From Cyanobacteriota bacterium (GTDB lineage: Bacteria; Cyanobacteriota; Cyanobacteriia; Thermostichales; Thermostichaceae): a DNA stretch of 57,747 nt. How positions within the stretch are numbered: position 1 is the first letter of the stretch; each line of letters opens with the position of its first letter. The translations under genes and the position numbers were made by a program. Below the pieces are notes generated by a model. It did not search any database, had not been told where the DNA came from, and was given only the letters and a program-made list of their open reading frames with translations. Positions 20,094 through 31,400 of the stretch are shown one piece after another. The stretch spans positions 1 through 57,747 of the forward strand of contig JANRIL010000002.1 of assembly GCA_033764955.1 (NCBI GenBank), read 5' to 3'.

Positions 20094-22997
20094 ATGTCGT
20101 TGATTGATGCCGATATTCGGGACTATGCCTATCAACTGTTTGTAGAGGAAGCACCCGAACTTCTTCGTCAAATAGAGTCAACCCTACTAACCCTCACTCA
20201 GGGGCTTAGCTCATCTGATATTCATGCCCTGATGCGAGCTACCCACTCTCTAAAGGGAAATGCCGCTAGCTTAGGGTTAGAGAGTGTGCAAACCCTGGCT
20301 CATCGATTGGAGAGTGCGGTCAAGGCGCTTCAGTCAGAGACACTAGTCATCACTCCTAATCTGGAGTCTAGTTTTTTGGCGGCCAGCGATTGTTTGAGCT
20401 ACCTCCTGACCCAGGGGATCCAAACCGGCCACTATAGGTTGCCACCGGAAGCCGAGGCAATCTTTAGGGAGTTAGAAACCCAACTGGCTCATGTTGAGGT
20501 AAATGAGTTTGCCCTACCTACCACCTCTGACTACGGCATTGATTTACGGCAGTCTATTTTTGAGGTGGATGTCAGTCGCAGTTTGAGCGAATTGGCAGCA
20601 ACTATCCAGCAAGGGGATCCAACCATCCTAGGCAGGTTGTTACGTAGCCAAGCCCAAGCCTTTGTGGACTTAGGGCAGATGCTTGATTTGCCGATATGGA
20701 GCGATCTTTCCCTAGCTATTTTGCAGAGCCTCACCGATCCATCACTATCAGCCACCGGATTAGCGCCTCTGGCTCATCAAGCCTGGCAGACCCTGCAAAC
20801 CGCCATTTTGCGGGGGGAAGATCTGCCCTCCTTAAGCACTTTGACCGCTTTGTTACCCTCAACCCCTCTCAACTCCCCCCCATCAGAGTTGGCGGACAAG
20901 CCCGTGCCTATCCCCGAATCGGAGCTAGAGTCTGATTTTGATTGGGGGTTCCCCTCCAACCCTACGCCCCTGGCTGCCGAGGAGGATTTTTTTCAGCAGC
21001 TAGTCGAGAGTTTGCCTGACTTAGCACCTCCTGCCACCCAAACGGTATCTCCGATCCCTCCCTTGCTTGCCTCCGGGATCCCTCTCCCCACCGCGCAGCC
21101 TAACAAAGAAGAACAGGGGCAACCCTCTTTATCCATCCGCATCGAACAGCAACGTTTGGATAAAATCGGCGCTCAAGTGGGCGAACTTTCCATTTCTCGT
21201 AACCAAATGCAGCGCCAGCAGGAATGGATTCGCCAATTGGTTGAGGGGCTGAGGTGGCGACTCAAAGGATTGCGGGAGCGCAGTTTACGGTTGGAGCGGA
21301 TTGGCGATCAGATGATCTCAGCGGACTCAGCGTTAGCGCTCCCTGTCTTACCCCCCCTCTCCCCAGGCAACCCAGTCGGTAAAGAGACTAGTTTTGATAC
21401 GTTAGAACTAGATCGCTACAGCAACCTCAATCTCCTGATCCAGGAAGTGTTGGAGGAAAGTGCCCAAGTGGAAGAAACTCTGGATGACCTTAGCCTCTAT
21501 GTCAATCAACTTGAGCAGACCTTGCGTTATCACGGCAAAGGAGTATCAGAGCTAAACGAAGAGTTGATGGCCGCCCGCCTGTTGCCTATCCTTAGGGTGT
21601 TTGAGCGAATGCCTCGCTTGGCACGAGATCTGGCTCGCGCCCAAAACAAAACCGTTGAAATCCGTTTGCAGGGATCCGAGGTTTTGGTCGATAAGCTGAT
21701 CCTCGATCAGATCTATACTCCCTTAGTCCATCTGGTTCGCAATGCTATTGATCACGGCATCGAACCCCCCTCGGAACGGCAAGCTGAGAGCAAGCCTCCG
21801 GTAGCTCAACTGAGCATCTCCGCCATCCGCCAGGGGGGGCAGGTTCTGGTTCAGGTGAAGGATGATGGGCGAGGGATAGATCCGGATCGAATTCGACAAC
21901 AGGTACTAGCCCAGGGACTGGCTGACAGTGACGATCTCAAGATAAAGGGGGATCCTGCGGTTCTCGATTGGATTTTTGCCCCTGGCTTTTCTACCGCTTC
22001 TCAGGTGAGTGAAATATCTGGGCGGGGGGTAGGGCTGAATGCCGTTCGCAACCACGTCCAAGCTATTAAAGGAACGGTATCGGTTCAATCTACCCCCAAA
22101 CGCGGCACCACCTTTACCCTGCGCCTACCCTTGACCTTGGGGTTAACCCAACTGATTTTGGTGCGAGCAGGGCGGTCAGACTACGCTTTTCCCATCGATA
22201 CAGTGGTAGAAATTTTGCCCGTGACCGTGGGGATCCCGACCTGTGTCTGGCGAGGGCGTACACTCACACTTAAACCGTTGCTCAGCCTGCTCCACTATGG
22301 TTTAGCGGCTCAGTCTCTAATCATTGATGCAGGCTTGCCTGCCGAGCAACCCTCAGCATTAATCTTTGAACGGGATGGGGAGGTTGCAGCCATTGTGATT
22401 GATTATCTGGTTGCCCAACAGGAATTAATCATCAAGCCCCTGGATAGCGGATTGCCTACTCCCGACTATTTCTATGGCTGCACAGTCGGGGCAACAGGTT
22501 TGTTAATACCAGTTTTGGATGGCTGGACGTTGGCTCAACAAACCTCCTTACTAGCGCCACAACAGCAGGCATCCTTCCCCTCAGCAGGATTATCAGACGG
22601 CAAGCAACATCTGATGGTGATCGATGATTCGGTCATGATGCGCCAAACCCTGGCTCGCCAGCTCGAGCGGGCGGGTTACCGAGTTAGCCAAGCCAAAGAT
22701 GGGCAAGAAGCCTTAACTCAATTGGCCAGTCAGCCTGATGTTGATCTAATTTTTTGTGATGTGGAGATGCCCCGAATGAACGGCTTTGAATTATTGGCAC
22801 ATCGCCGTAAAACCCCTGAACTGGCGGATACTCCGGTAGTGATGCTAACCTCTCGCAGTGGTCAAAAACACCGTCGTCTTGCCATGCAGTTGGGAGCGGA
22901 TGCCTATCTCACGAAGCCCTGCCTGGAATACGAATTGTTGGCTGCTCTGAATGAGTTACTCCCCAAATCCCAAAACGGATCCCCTGATACTGTTTAG
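20094..22997 (+). CDS. CheA-like hybrid kinase (Hpt, HATPase, CheW, REC)
   Basis: HSLKG, HLVRNAIDHGIE, DDGRGID, GFSTA..SGRGVGL, C-terminal REC. Confidence 0.93.
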   Translation: MSLIDADIRDYAYQLFVEEAPELLRQIESTLLTLTQGLSSSDIHALMRATHSLKGNAASLGLESVQTLAHRLESAVKALQSETLVITPNLESSFLAASDCLSYLLTQGIQTGHYRLPPEAEAIFRELETQLAHVEVNEFALPTTSDYGIDLRQSIFEVDVSRSLSELAATIQQGDPTILGRLLRSQAQAFVDLGQMLDLPIWSDLSLAILQSLTDPSLSATGLAPLAHQAWQTLQTAILRGEDLPSLSTLTALLPSTPLNSPPSELADKPVPIPESELESDFDWGFPSNPTPLAAEEDFFQQLVESLPDLAPPATQTVSPIPPLLASGIPLPTAQPNKEEQGQPSLSIRIEQQRLDKIGAQVGELSISRNQMQRQQEWIRQLVEGLRWRLKGLRERSLRLERIGDQMISADSALALPVLPPLSPGNPVGKETSFDTLELDRYSNLNLLIQEVLEESAQVEETLDDLSLYVNQLEQTLRYHGKGVSELNEELMAARLLPILRVFERMPRLARDLARAQNKTVEIRLQGSEVLVDKLILDQIYTPLVHLVRNAIDHGIEPPSERQAESKPPVAQLSISAIRQGGQVLVQVKDDGRGIDPDRIRQQVLAQGLADSDDLKIKGDPAVLDWIFAPGFSTASQVSEISGRGVGLNAVRNHVQAIKGTVSVQSTPKRGTTFTLRLPLTLGLTQLILVRAGRSDYAFPIDTVVEILPVTVGIPTCVWRGRTLTLKPLLSLLHYGLAAQSLIIDAGLPAEQPSALIFERDGEVAAIVIDYLVAQQELIIKPLDSGLPTPDYFYGCTVGATGLLIPVLDGWTLAQQTSLLAPQQQASFPSAGLSDGKQHLMVIDDSVMMRQTLARQLERAGYRVSQAKDGQEALTQLASQPDVDLIFCDVEMPRMNGFELLAHRRKTPELADTPVVMLTSRSGQKHRRLAMQLGADAYLTKPCLEYELLAALNELLPKSQNGSPDTV

Positions 22998-23163
22998 GTC
23001 TCTTGATCAATATCAATGGCGGGGGTGAGTGTGAGGCTTTGCTAGAGTTTATAAGCCAAGATCCTCCTCTTCTAAGTACAGCCCTTCTGCGAATTACTTA
23101 ACCTAGCTCCCAACTCCTCTCTCAAGATTGGAAGTGGGTAATAAAGTCGTGCTTAATAATTTT

Positions 23164-26100
23164 ATGGATCCTCTAACCCACCCTCTCCGCAGTGTCCACA
23201 CCACAAATTTTCCCGAAATTCTTGCTCAGTTGGGTATTTCTCTGCTGATCTCTACCTATCAAGCAGGCAAGCTGATTGTAGTGCGAGCGGATGGAGACAA
23301 GCTCAATACCCACTTTCGGATGTATGCAAAGCCGATGGGTTTAGCCGTGGCAGGTAACAAGCTTGCGGTAGGCAGTGCCCATCAGATCTGGGAATTGCAT
23401 AACATGCCTGCTGTCGCAGCGAAACTCCCCCCAGCAGGCAAGCATGATGCTTGTTTTATGCCTCGGCGGACTCACATCACCGGAGACATCGATATTCATG
23501 AAATGGCCTATGGAACCGAGGGTTTGTGGTTTCTCAATACCCGCTTTTCCTGCCTATGTACCCTCGATGAGGAAAATAGTTTTGTTCCCCGTTGGCGACC
23601 TCCTTTTATCAGTGCCTATGATTTAACGGATCGCTGCCATTTAAATGGATTGGCGCTTCTGAATGGGATCCCTCGCTATGTCACGGCGTTGGGGGCTACC
23701 GATACCGCCAGCGGATGGCGCACTCACAAAGCCAATGGCGGCATTTTGATGGATGTTGCCAGCGGGGAGATCCTGTTGAAAGGATTATCCATGCCCCATT
23801 CCCCCCGTTGCTATCAAAATCACCTGTGGTTTTTGGAGTCTGGTCAGGGCAGTTTGGCACAAGTGAATGGGGATCAAGCCTCCTGGACCACCATCACCCA
23901 TCTGCCAGGATTCACACGGGGAATCGATTTTTATGGCTCACTGGCCTTCATTGGCTTGTCTAAGGTGCGAGAAACCGCCGTATTTAGCGGGATCCCTTTG
24001 ACCCAGCGCCTCAGTGAGCGCATCTGCGGGGTCTGGGTCGTGTCTATCGAAACTGGACAACCCTTGGCTTTTCTGAAGTTTGAAGAAGGGGTGGAGGAAA
24101 TTTTTGCGGTGCAGGTTTTACCAGGGCTGCGCTTTCCTGAAGTCTTTGGGGATCCTAGGTTTGCTGATCCTGCCCAAGACCAATGGCTAGGCAGCTCCTA
24201 TATCTTGCCGGAGGAGGCGATGCAAGCGGTGGCGACACCAGCCCCTCTGCCCATCTTTCGAGCTGATGGGGTGGATCGGGATCCCGAACCGGTCATAACC
24301 CGCTTGGCCGTGATCCTTTCTGTCTTCAACATCGCCAGCAAAGACTGGGCAACCTTTGAACGAACACTGACAAGCATTCAAGCCAGTCTGAACTATTGTT
24401 ATCAACACTATCCCTTTGCCAAACATCTTCAGCATGAAATAGTGATCGTCGATGACGCTTCTCAGGATCAAACCTGGGTGGTTCTGAACGAGCGGGTTGC
24501 CCAAACCTCAACCATTCGTTTGATCCGACAGGCTACCCATCAGGGACGAGCCGCCGCCCGCAATACCGCTATCCAGACAACCCAAGCGCAAGCCCTTTTC
24601 TTTTGTGATGAGGATGATATTTATCTGGAAAGCCATATCCTAATCTGTTTAAGGCTGCTCAACCGACCGCTGGATCCCAATATCGCCAACCCGATTTACC
24701 GTCTACCCCACTCCTATCCAGCCGCTGTCAAAACGGGTCTTCGCCTCGCGGATCCCTTAGATACCCATGAATATGAACTCATCAAACAACGGCATACCCT
24801 CAATCTTTGTATTCGCCGGGAAGCCCATGATTTTATAGAAGGTTTTCCAACCGACGCATCCTTCCGCACCGCCAGCGCAGGAGCTACCGATCATGCCTAT
24901 TGCGAATGGTTGACGAGCTTTTTTAGTGTGATTTGGATCCCCGATCAAACCGTTGCTGTTCAGGGCTATCTAGACAACCATCTGGATCGCCAACCAAATT
25001 TCCTTCCATCGGATTCACAAGCTCTTTCCCCATCGATGTTCTCTGACAAAAACGAGGAACTACCACTTATTCAACAAAAGATCCGTGAGAAAGTTATTGA
25101 TCTCAGTCAGAAATTTGAGCAAGATTTTAACCCTGATCACCTTTTGGCTTTGGGCAATGCGGCTCATGCCCAGGGAAACCGCGAAGAGGCTGTCTATTAT
25201 TTCCGAAGGTGTTTGGAATTAGCGCCAGAGATGAAGGTGGCTCGCTATAATCTGGGCGTCACTTATGGAGATTTGGGGCAATGGCAAGAGGCAGAATATT
25301 ATCTACAAGCCTTGATCAAAGAGGATCCCGACAATCCGAAAATTTATAATTCATTGGGGTTTATCTACACCAATCAAAATCGTTTGAGCGAAGCCATCCC
25401 ATGTTACGAAAAAGCCCTGCAAATCGATCCCCAGTTTGCTGATGCCCACATGAATATAGGAATGGCTCTGCTCAAATTGGGACAACTGCAACGAGGCTGG
25501 CTAGAGTTTGAATGGCGCTGGCAAACTCGTCAATTCACCCCTTTTCAATGTCCGCATCCCCGTTGGCAAGGAGAAGATATTTCCCACCAAACACTCCTGA
25601 TTCATACGGAACAAGGGGCGGGGGACTCCATTCAGTTTTGCCGTTTTATTTCACTAGCCGCTCAACGCTGCCGTTCGGTAATTTTGGTTGGTCCTGATCA
25701 TTTGCTGCGTCTCCTCCAAGGGATCCCTGAGGTAAGCCGCCTCTATCGAGCGGGAGAGATTCCCTTGGCGGCTTTTCAGGTTTATAGCCCATTGATGAGT
25801 TTGCCCTATTGCCTAGGGATCCACTCCCTCGATCAGATCCCCAATCACGTCCCTTATTTGCGGATCCCAGAGATTCCAGAACCTCTCAAGATTTCCACTC
25901 CCCCTGGCCTGCTTAATATCGGCATCTGTTGGGCAGGTAGCCCTACCCAAGGCAATGATCACAACCGTTCTAGCCACCTGCGGGATTGATTGCCCCTACT
26001 CACATTGCCAGGGATCCAGTTTCATAGTTTGCAGAAAGGTTCGCCTGTGGGGCAGCTTAGCGAATTACCCCCTCATCTCTCGATCCGCAATTGGGATCCG

Positions 26101-26412
26101 TTGCTCTCCGATTATGCCGATACCGCTGCTATTATTGCTCAGCTTGATCTAGTGATTTCTGTGGATACTTCCGTTGCCCATCTGGCTGGATCCCTAGCTA
26201 AGCCGACCTGGGTACTGTTATGTTTCAACTCAGACTGGCGTTGGCTCTTAGAACGGGAAGATACTCCTTACTATCCAACCGTTAAGCTATTTCGCCAACA
26301 GCACCCTCAACAATCCTGGGCTAGTCTTATGCCGACAATCATGGCGGAACTCAATTCCCCTACTTCATCAGTATCCACACGTACTAGCAGCTTAATAGTT
26401 GACTCCTTTTGA
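23164..26412 (+). pseudogene. TIGR03032/DUF4915 + GT2 + TPR + glycosyltransferase fusion interrupted by an in-frame TGA at 25987
   Basis: STYQAGKL, DRCHLNG, IVDDASQD, TPRs, EQGAGDSIQF, WAGSP; same frame resumes LPLL...DLVISVDTSVAHLAG...DWRW to 26412. Confidence 0.8.
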
Positions 26413-26458
26413 AAGGGAGATGGTAGCATGTGCCTGTTTGCCTTGCTTCCCCTTGACG

Positions 26459-27252
26459 ATGCGCCTTTCCCCTCGACTCGTCTACTGCTGCTTCATTGCT
26501 CTAGGCTTGAGCACTACTCTCTCTGCTTGTGCCACTTCCTCCCCCACCACCCTCCAATCTCCTCCCCATACGGCACATCGCTGACCGTCACCAACAGCAT
26601 CCTCAGCGGCAATCGTGCCGCCTATGGCGGGGCGATCTATACCCAGACAGCGACCGTCAGCAACAGTACCCTCAGCAACAATAGCGCAACAGTCATTGGG
26701 GGCGGGATCTATGCCTTCTTCATTGCTCATGTGAGCAATAGCACCCTCAGCGGCCATAGCGCGGGAGTCTATGGTGGAGGGATCTTTGCCTCCACAGCGA
26801 CGGTGAGCGACAGCACCCTCAACGCTAATCGTGCGGGTGAGACTGGCGGAGGGATCCATGCCACCACACTGACGCTAAGCAACAGCGCCCTCAGTAGCAA
26901 TAGTGCTACCACCTATGGCGGTGGGATCTATTCCACGTTTGCGACCGTAAGTGACAGCACCTTCAGCGGCAATAGTGCCAACTATGGCGGCGGAATAAAG
27001 ATAAACTCTATATCTATTGCTCAAGCCACGATCTCAAACAGCACCTTCAGTGGCAACACGGCGGGCACAAGCGGCGGAGCCATCAGCAACCCCGGTGGAA
27101 CGATGACCTTAACTGACAACAAATTCGGTACTGCTGTGCCAAGTGGTACTGCGAATATTGCCCCCACTGGCCCTAATGTAGACAATCTCAGTCGCAGCAC
27201 AGGTTCAGGCAATGATCCAGCCTCCTGCAATGCCAACAGTGGATCCTGTTAG
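26459..27252 (+). pseudogene. Pmp-like GGAI-repeat beta-helix lipoprotein with its signal peptide out of frame
   Basis: MRLSPRL...LSTTLSAC lipobox in one frame (stop 26584); repeats TVSNSTLSxNxA..GGGIY in another frame from about 26569. Confidence 0.65.
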
Positions 27253-27268
27253 GGGTGAGAGGGATCCC

Positions 27269-28069
27269 TTAGTCGTTCAGTTGCCGGACTTGCTCTAGGG
27301 TGAGTCCGGTTGCTGTGGCAATGAGTTGGGGATCCAAACCCATCGCTAAGAGATTACGGGCGGTTTGTTGTCTTGTCCGCTCTTCGCCCAGTTGGATCCC
27401 TTCCTGTTTACCCAATTGGATCCCTTCTGCCAGGGCTTCCTGCCGCCATTCTTGATAAATCGCTGACTCTCTCATGGCCATCTCTCCCAAAATCCGTTTG
27501 ATCAGCTCTTTGTTCAATGCTACTCCCGCCAACACCGCCGTTGCCGCTGCAATATTCGCCCTCACTCCCTCATCCGGGATCCTTTCAATCTCCCCCGCCA
27601 CCTGTCGCAATCGCTCCTCCCCATGTTGAGGATCCATCAACACCACAAACGGCAATAATCCCGTTAATCCTGCTAATCGCTCCGGATCCTGTTCCCACAG
27701 CCGGATCACCTCAAACTCGTGTGTCAGGGATCCTCGTTCGTAGCGAGTCTGTTGGGCTAATCAGGATCCCGTTTGTTTGAGATAGATGACAATTTGGCGA
27801 ATCTGAATAGAGGGATCGGAGTAGCGGCGCTGCAACCTGAGGGCATAGTCCGCCATCCGAAAAGGAATATCGCCTTTGGGTGAGGTTTGAAACTCCAGAT
27901 GCAGAATCAAGGTTGGAGATTCCAGCACCACCGAATCGGCACGAATGGGATCCGCTGTCAGTTCAGAGGGTTGAATCTCGGCAAAAGAAAACGATTCCCC
28001 CAATAGCCACACAGAAAAGTCATCGGGAAAAGATTGGCGCAGATATTTACACAAGTTGTCATAGGGCAT
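27269..28069 (-). pseudogene. Rpn-family (PD-(D/E)XK) nuclease / putative transposase with in-frame stop
   Basis: YDNLCKYL, PIRADS, LHLEFQT, RMADY; LKQTGS*LAQQ...FEVIRLWEQ (TGA 27763-27761); EGIQLG repeats. Confidence 0.85.
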
Positions 28070-28475
28070 GGAAGGAGTTGATGGGGGGCTATGGGGCAGC
28101 AGTCTACCGAATGCAGGGGATCCGTTGCCCCCCTGACCAGCCCCACAGATCCGAAAATCTGCTCAAATCATCACCACCCCCCTCGATATGGGATAAAGTG
28201 CACAACTTAAGGATCCAACGTTTGCTTCACTTGTTTGGGGGAGAGATTCAGCCGCTGGGCAATCTCACTTGCTGACAGCCCCAACTCCGCCAAAATTGGC
28301 ACAGAGGACAACATCTGACGATCCCACATCAACCAGTCCCCACTGTGGGGATCCCTGGGCAAGAATGCTGACTAACTCAGGGGCAATCGGGCACAGGGAG
28401 CTTATGATTCAGGTGATCTAGATCATTAATTAATGATCCAAAATCAATGGATGCCAACGGAAGCCTTGTCTTTAG

Positions 28476-31400
28476 GTGATCATGCAACTATATGACCCTC
28501 CACAGGAGTTTGTGGCTGCTAGCCCCGATTTACTCAGCCAAATGCAGGCGGCTAACGACATCGTGCAGGATTTGGTGAGTCTAACCACGCAGCAATTACA
28601 GGATCCCGGTTGGCCGCGTAGTGATCTCTCTCAGGCGATTGCCGAATCGCTGGTGCAGCGGATTGTTTCCCGCTTAGGCATGGCACGGGCACAGGTCTGG
28701 TTTTATCATGCCGATGAGGGATCTTTTCATGCGGTGGCACGGGCGGGCTTGGTTAGTCCGGCGGAAGCTCAGTTGCAGGTTTTGCGCCCCGACCAAACAC
28801 CCCTCGGTCAGGTGGTGCGGCAAGGGGATCCCCTGCTCAGCAATAACCTCACCCAGGAACCGTGGATTTTATCCCCAGACTGGACGGTCAAAGAAGGTTT
28901 ACAAGCTTTTGCAGCTTATCCGATTAACTTGGGGCATACCCCTGTGGGTGCCCTCTCCATTTTTAGCTATCACCCGCTGCATCCCACCTTTTTTGAAGTG
29001 TTGAAGCTGATCTGCTCCTACAGCGCCAGTGCCATCGTCAATGCTCGGCAAACGGCTCAACTGCAACGGCAAGCCACCCGTGACGGACTGATCCGCCATA
29101 TCAGCCAACATTTACGCCACTCTCTCGATGCCTCGACTATGCGGCAAACCCTGGTGCAGCAGGTGGGACAAGCATTGGCGGCTGACCGTTGTGACCTACT
29201 TTGGATCCACGCCAGCGATCCTGTTCAGTTAGAAATCTTGGCGAGCTACCAGCCCCCCCTCACCGATCTGGAGGGGGATCCCTATCAACAACTCTTTGAT
29301 CTGCTGGATCTGCCCGCCCTACAAAACCATCTGCAAGCCCATCAAAGTTTGGTGGTCAACCATCTCAGCCAACTGGGTTATTCCCCAAGCGAGGCGACCT
29401 ATGCCTCTCTGCTGGTAGTGCCACTTCTCCTACAACAGCAGTACCACGAAGATGTCTTGGGCTATTTGGCTTTGGCCTATCGGGATCCCCACCCCTTTGG
29501 CAGTGGTGAGGTGGAACTGGTGCAGGCCATTGCCACGCAGGCCGCCCTAGCCCTCAACAATGCCCAACTCTACGAACGCACCCGCCAGCAGGGGGAACGG
29601 GAAGCCCTGATGAATCGGGTCACCACCATGTTGCACCAATCCCTGCAATGGGATCAGATTGTCTCCACCACCCTCCACTCCCTGCAAGAGACCCTCGATT
29701 TAAGTCGCTGTTGTTTTTATCGGCTCAATCCCGGTGGAGAGTCGATCAGCGTCACCCACGAAGCCCGCTATCCCGAACTGCACCCCGCTACCGGTCCCTA
29801 TCCTCTGGCAGAGTTTGGCGACTATTGTCAGCGAATCGGGCGGGGAGAGGTTGTCCAGATACCCGATGTGGGATTAGAAGTCGATCTGCCTGCTGGGGGA
29901 CGGCAGTTGTTAGAGCAGTTGCAGATTCGCTCTGGGGTATTTGTGCCTGTTTATGCGGATCAATCCTACAGTCTGGAGAGGATGCCAGGAAATGAAGGGA
30001 TCCCCACCCCCATCCGGGATCCCCAGCCCCCTCCACCGGAGCGTGCCCCCATGATCGGCTTGGTGGGAGCCTACAAAGGTCGTGCCTATCGCTGGCAGGC
30101 CGCCGAGGTGGATTTTTTGCGCTCGATTGCTCAACAACTAGCCATTTCCCTGACCCGCTCTCAGTTGTTTGACCACGCCCAACAGCAAACGGAACGCCTT
30201 TCCCTCCTCCACTCCATTACTGCCGTGATCCGTTCTAGCCTCGATCCATCCACCCTTTTTCATGCCATTACTCAGCAAATTGGCGAAGCCTTTCAAGCGG
30301 ACATCTGTGCCCTGCAACTGTGGCATCCCGAAGATGCCTGTTTACGTCCGGTGGGGATCTATGCCCCCCATCTCTCCTCAACCCAACTGGAGGCCATGCT
30401 GCCCGGATTCCCTTTGATTCGGGATCCCGCTTCCCCCCATCACCATCAGTGGAATCAGCCTTTGTTAGCAGGCCGTAGCCCTGATCTCCTCCCCGCCCAT
30501 TTAATCCACAAATTGCGTGCCGCCAGCGAACTACTGGGACAGGTGCGGGAGCCGATTGTGTTGAGCCAGCAAACCCAGGCCGATCTGGCTCACTTGATCA
30601 AGTCCCCCCTGCCCCCCCTCGAACCGATGGCCGAAGGGGTCTTGTTGGTGCCGTTGTTGGAGGGGGAACAGTTGATCGGCAGCCTCAGCCTCAAACGCTT
30701 TCCCCCACTAGCCAGAGATTCGGGATCCCGGCCTTGGCAACCCGCTGATCTCACCCTAGCTAAGGCAGTGGCCGAACAGGCGGCTATGGCAATCTCCCAA
30801 GCCCGTCTCTTAACCCAAACCCAAAAGCAAGCGGAACAAGCTTCCCTGTTGAACCGCATGACGGATCGCATCCGCCACTCCCTAGATGTGGATGAAATTT
30901 TACAGGCAACTGTTGAGGAAGTCGCGCAAGCCTTGCAGGCCAGCCGTGTGCAGTTTGTCTTTGTCAATCCCCAGGAAGAAACCACCATCTTCCGGCACGC
31001 CTACGCCCAACCGGGGATCGACAGTTGGTTGAATCGGCAAATTCCCAGCCGCGAGAATGCCCTGATTCCCTACTTACAACAGCAAACCCAACCCATCGAG
31101 ATCAACAGTTGGTCTGATCTCAGCGAGTTTGATTCCCAAACCCAAGCTCGCCTAGAAGCGGCGGGAGTCCAGTCCTTGATGGTGGCTCGCCTTTGGTTGG
31201 ATGCCAACACCTATGGGGTTTTGAGTGTGCATCGCTGTCGTAGCGACTATGGAACACCGATGGAAGCCGAATCTGCTCTGACGGTAGCGCCAGAATGGCA
31301 GAGCGATGACCAAAACCTCCTGAAATTGGTGGCGGAGCAGTTGGCGATTGCCATTAACCAATCCCGTCTCTATGCCAAAACCCAACAACAGGCGCGGCGG

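Noticed and set aside
25987..27763. TGA recoding (Trp or Sec readthrough)
   Set aside because: TGA terminates many normal genes here (pepP, ispG, tatA, purN), and other lesions are TAG, TAA or frameshifts
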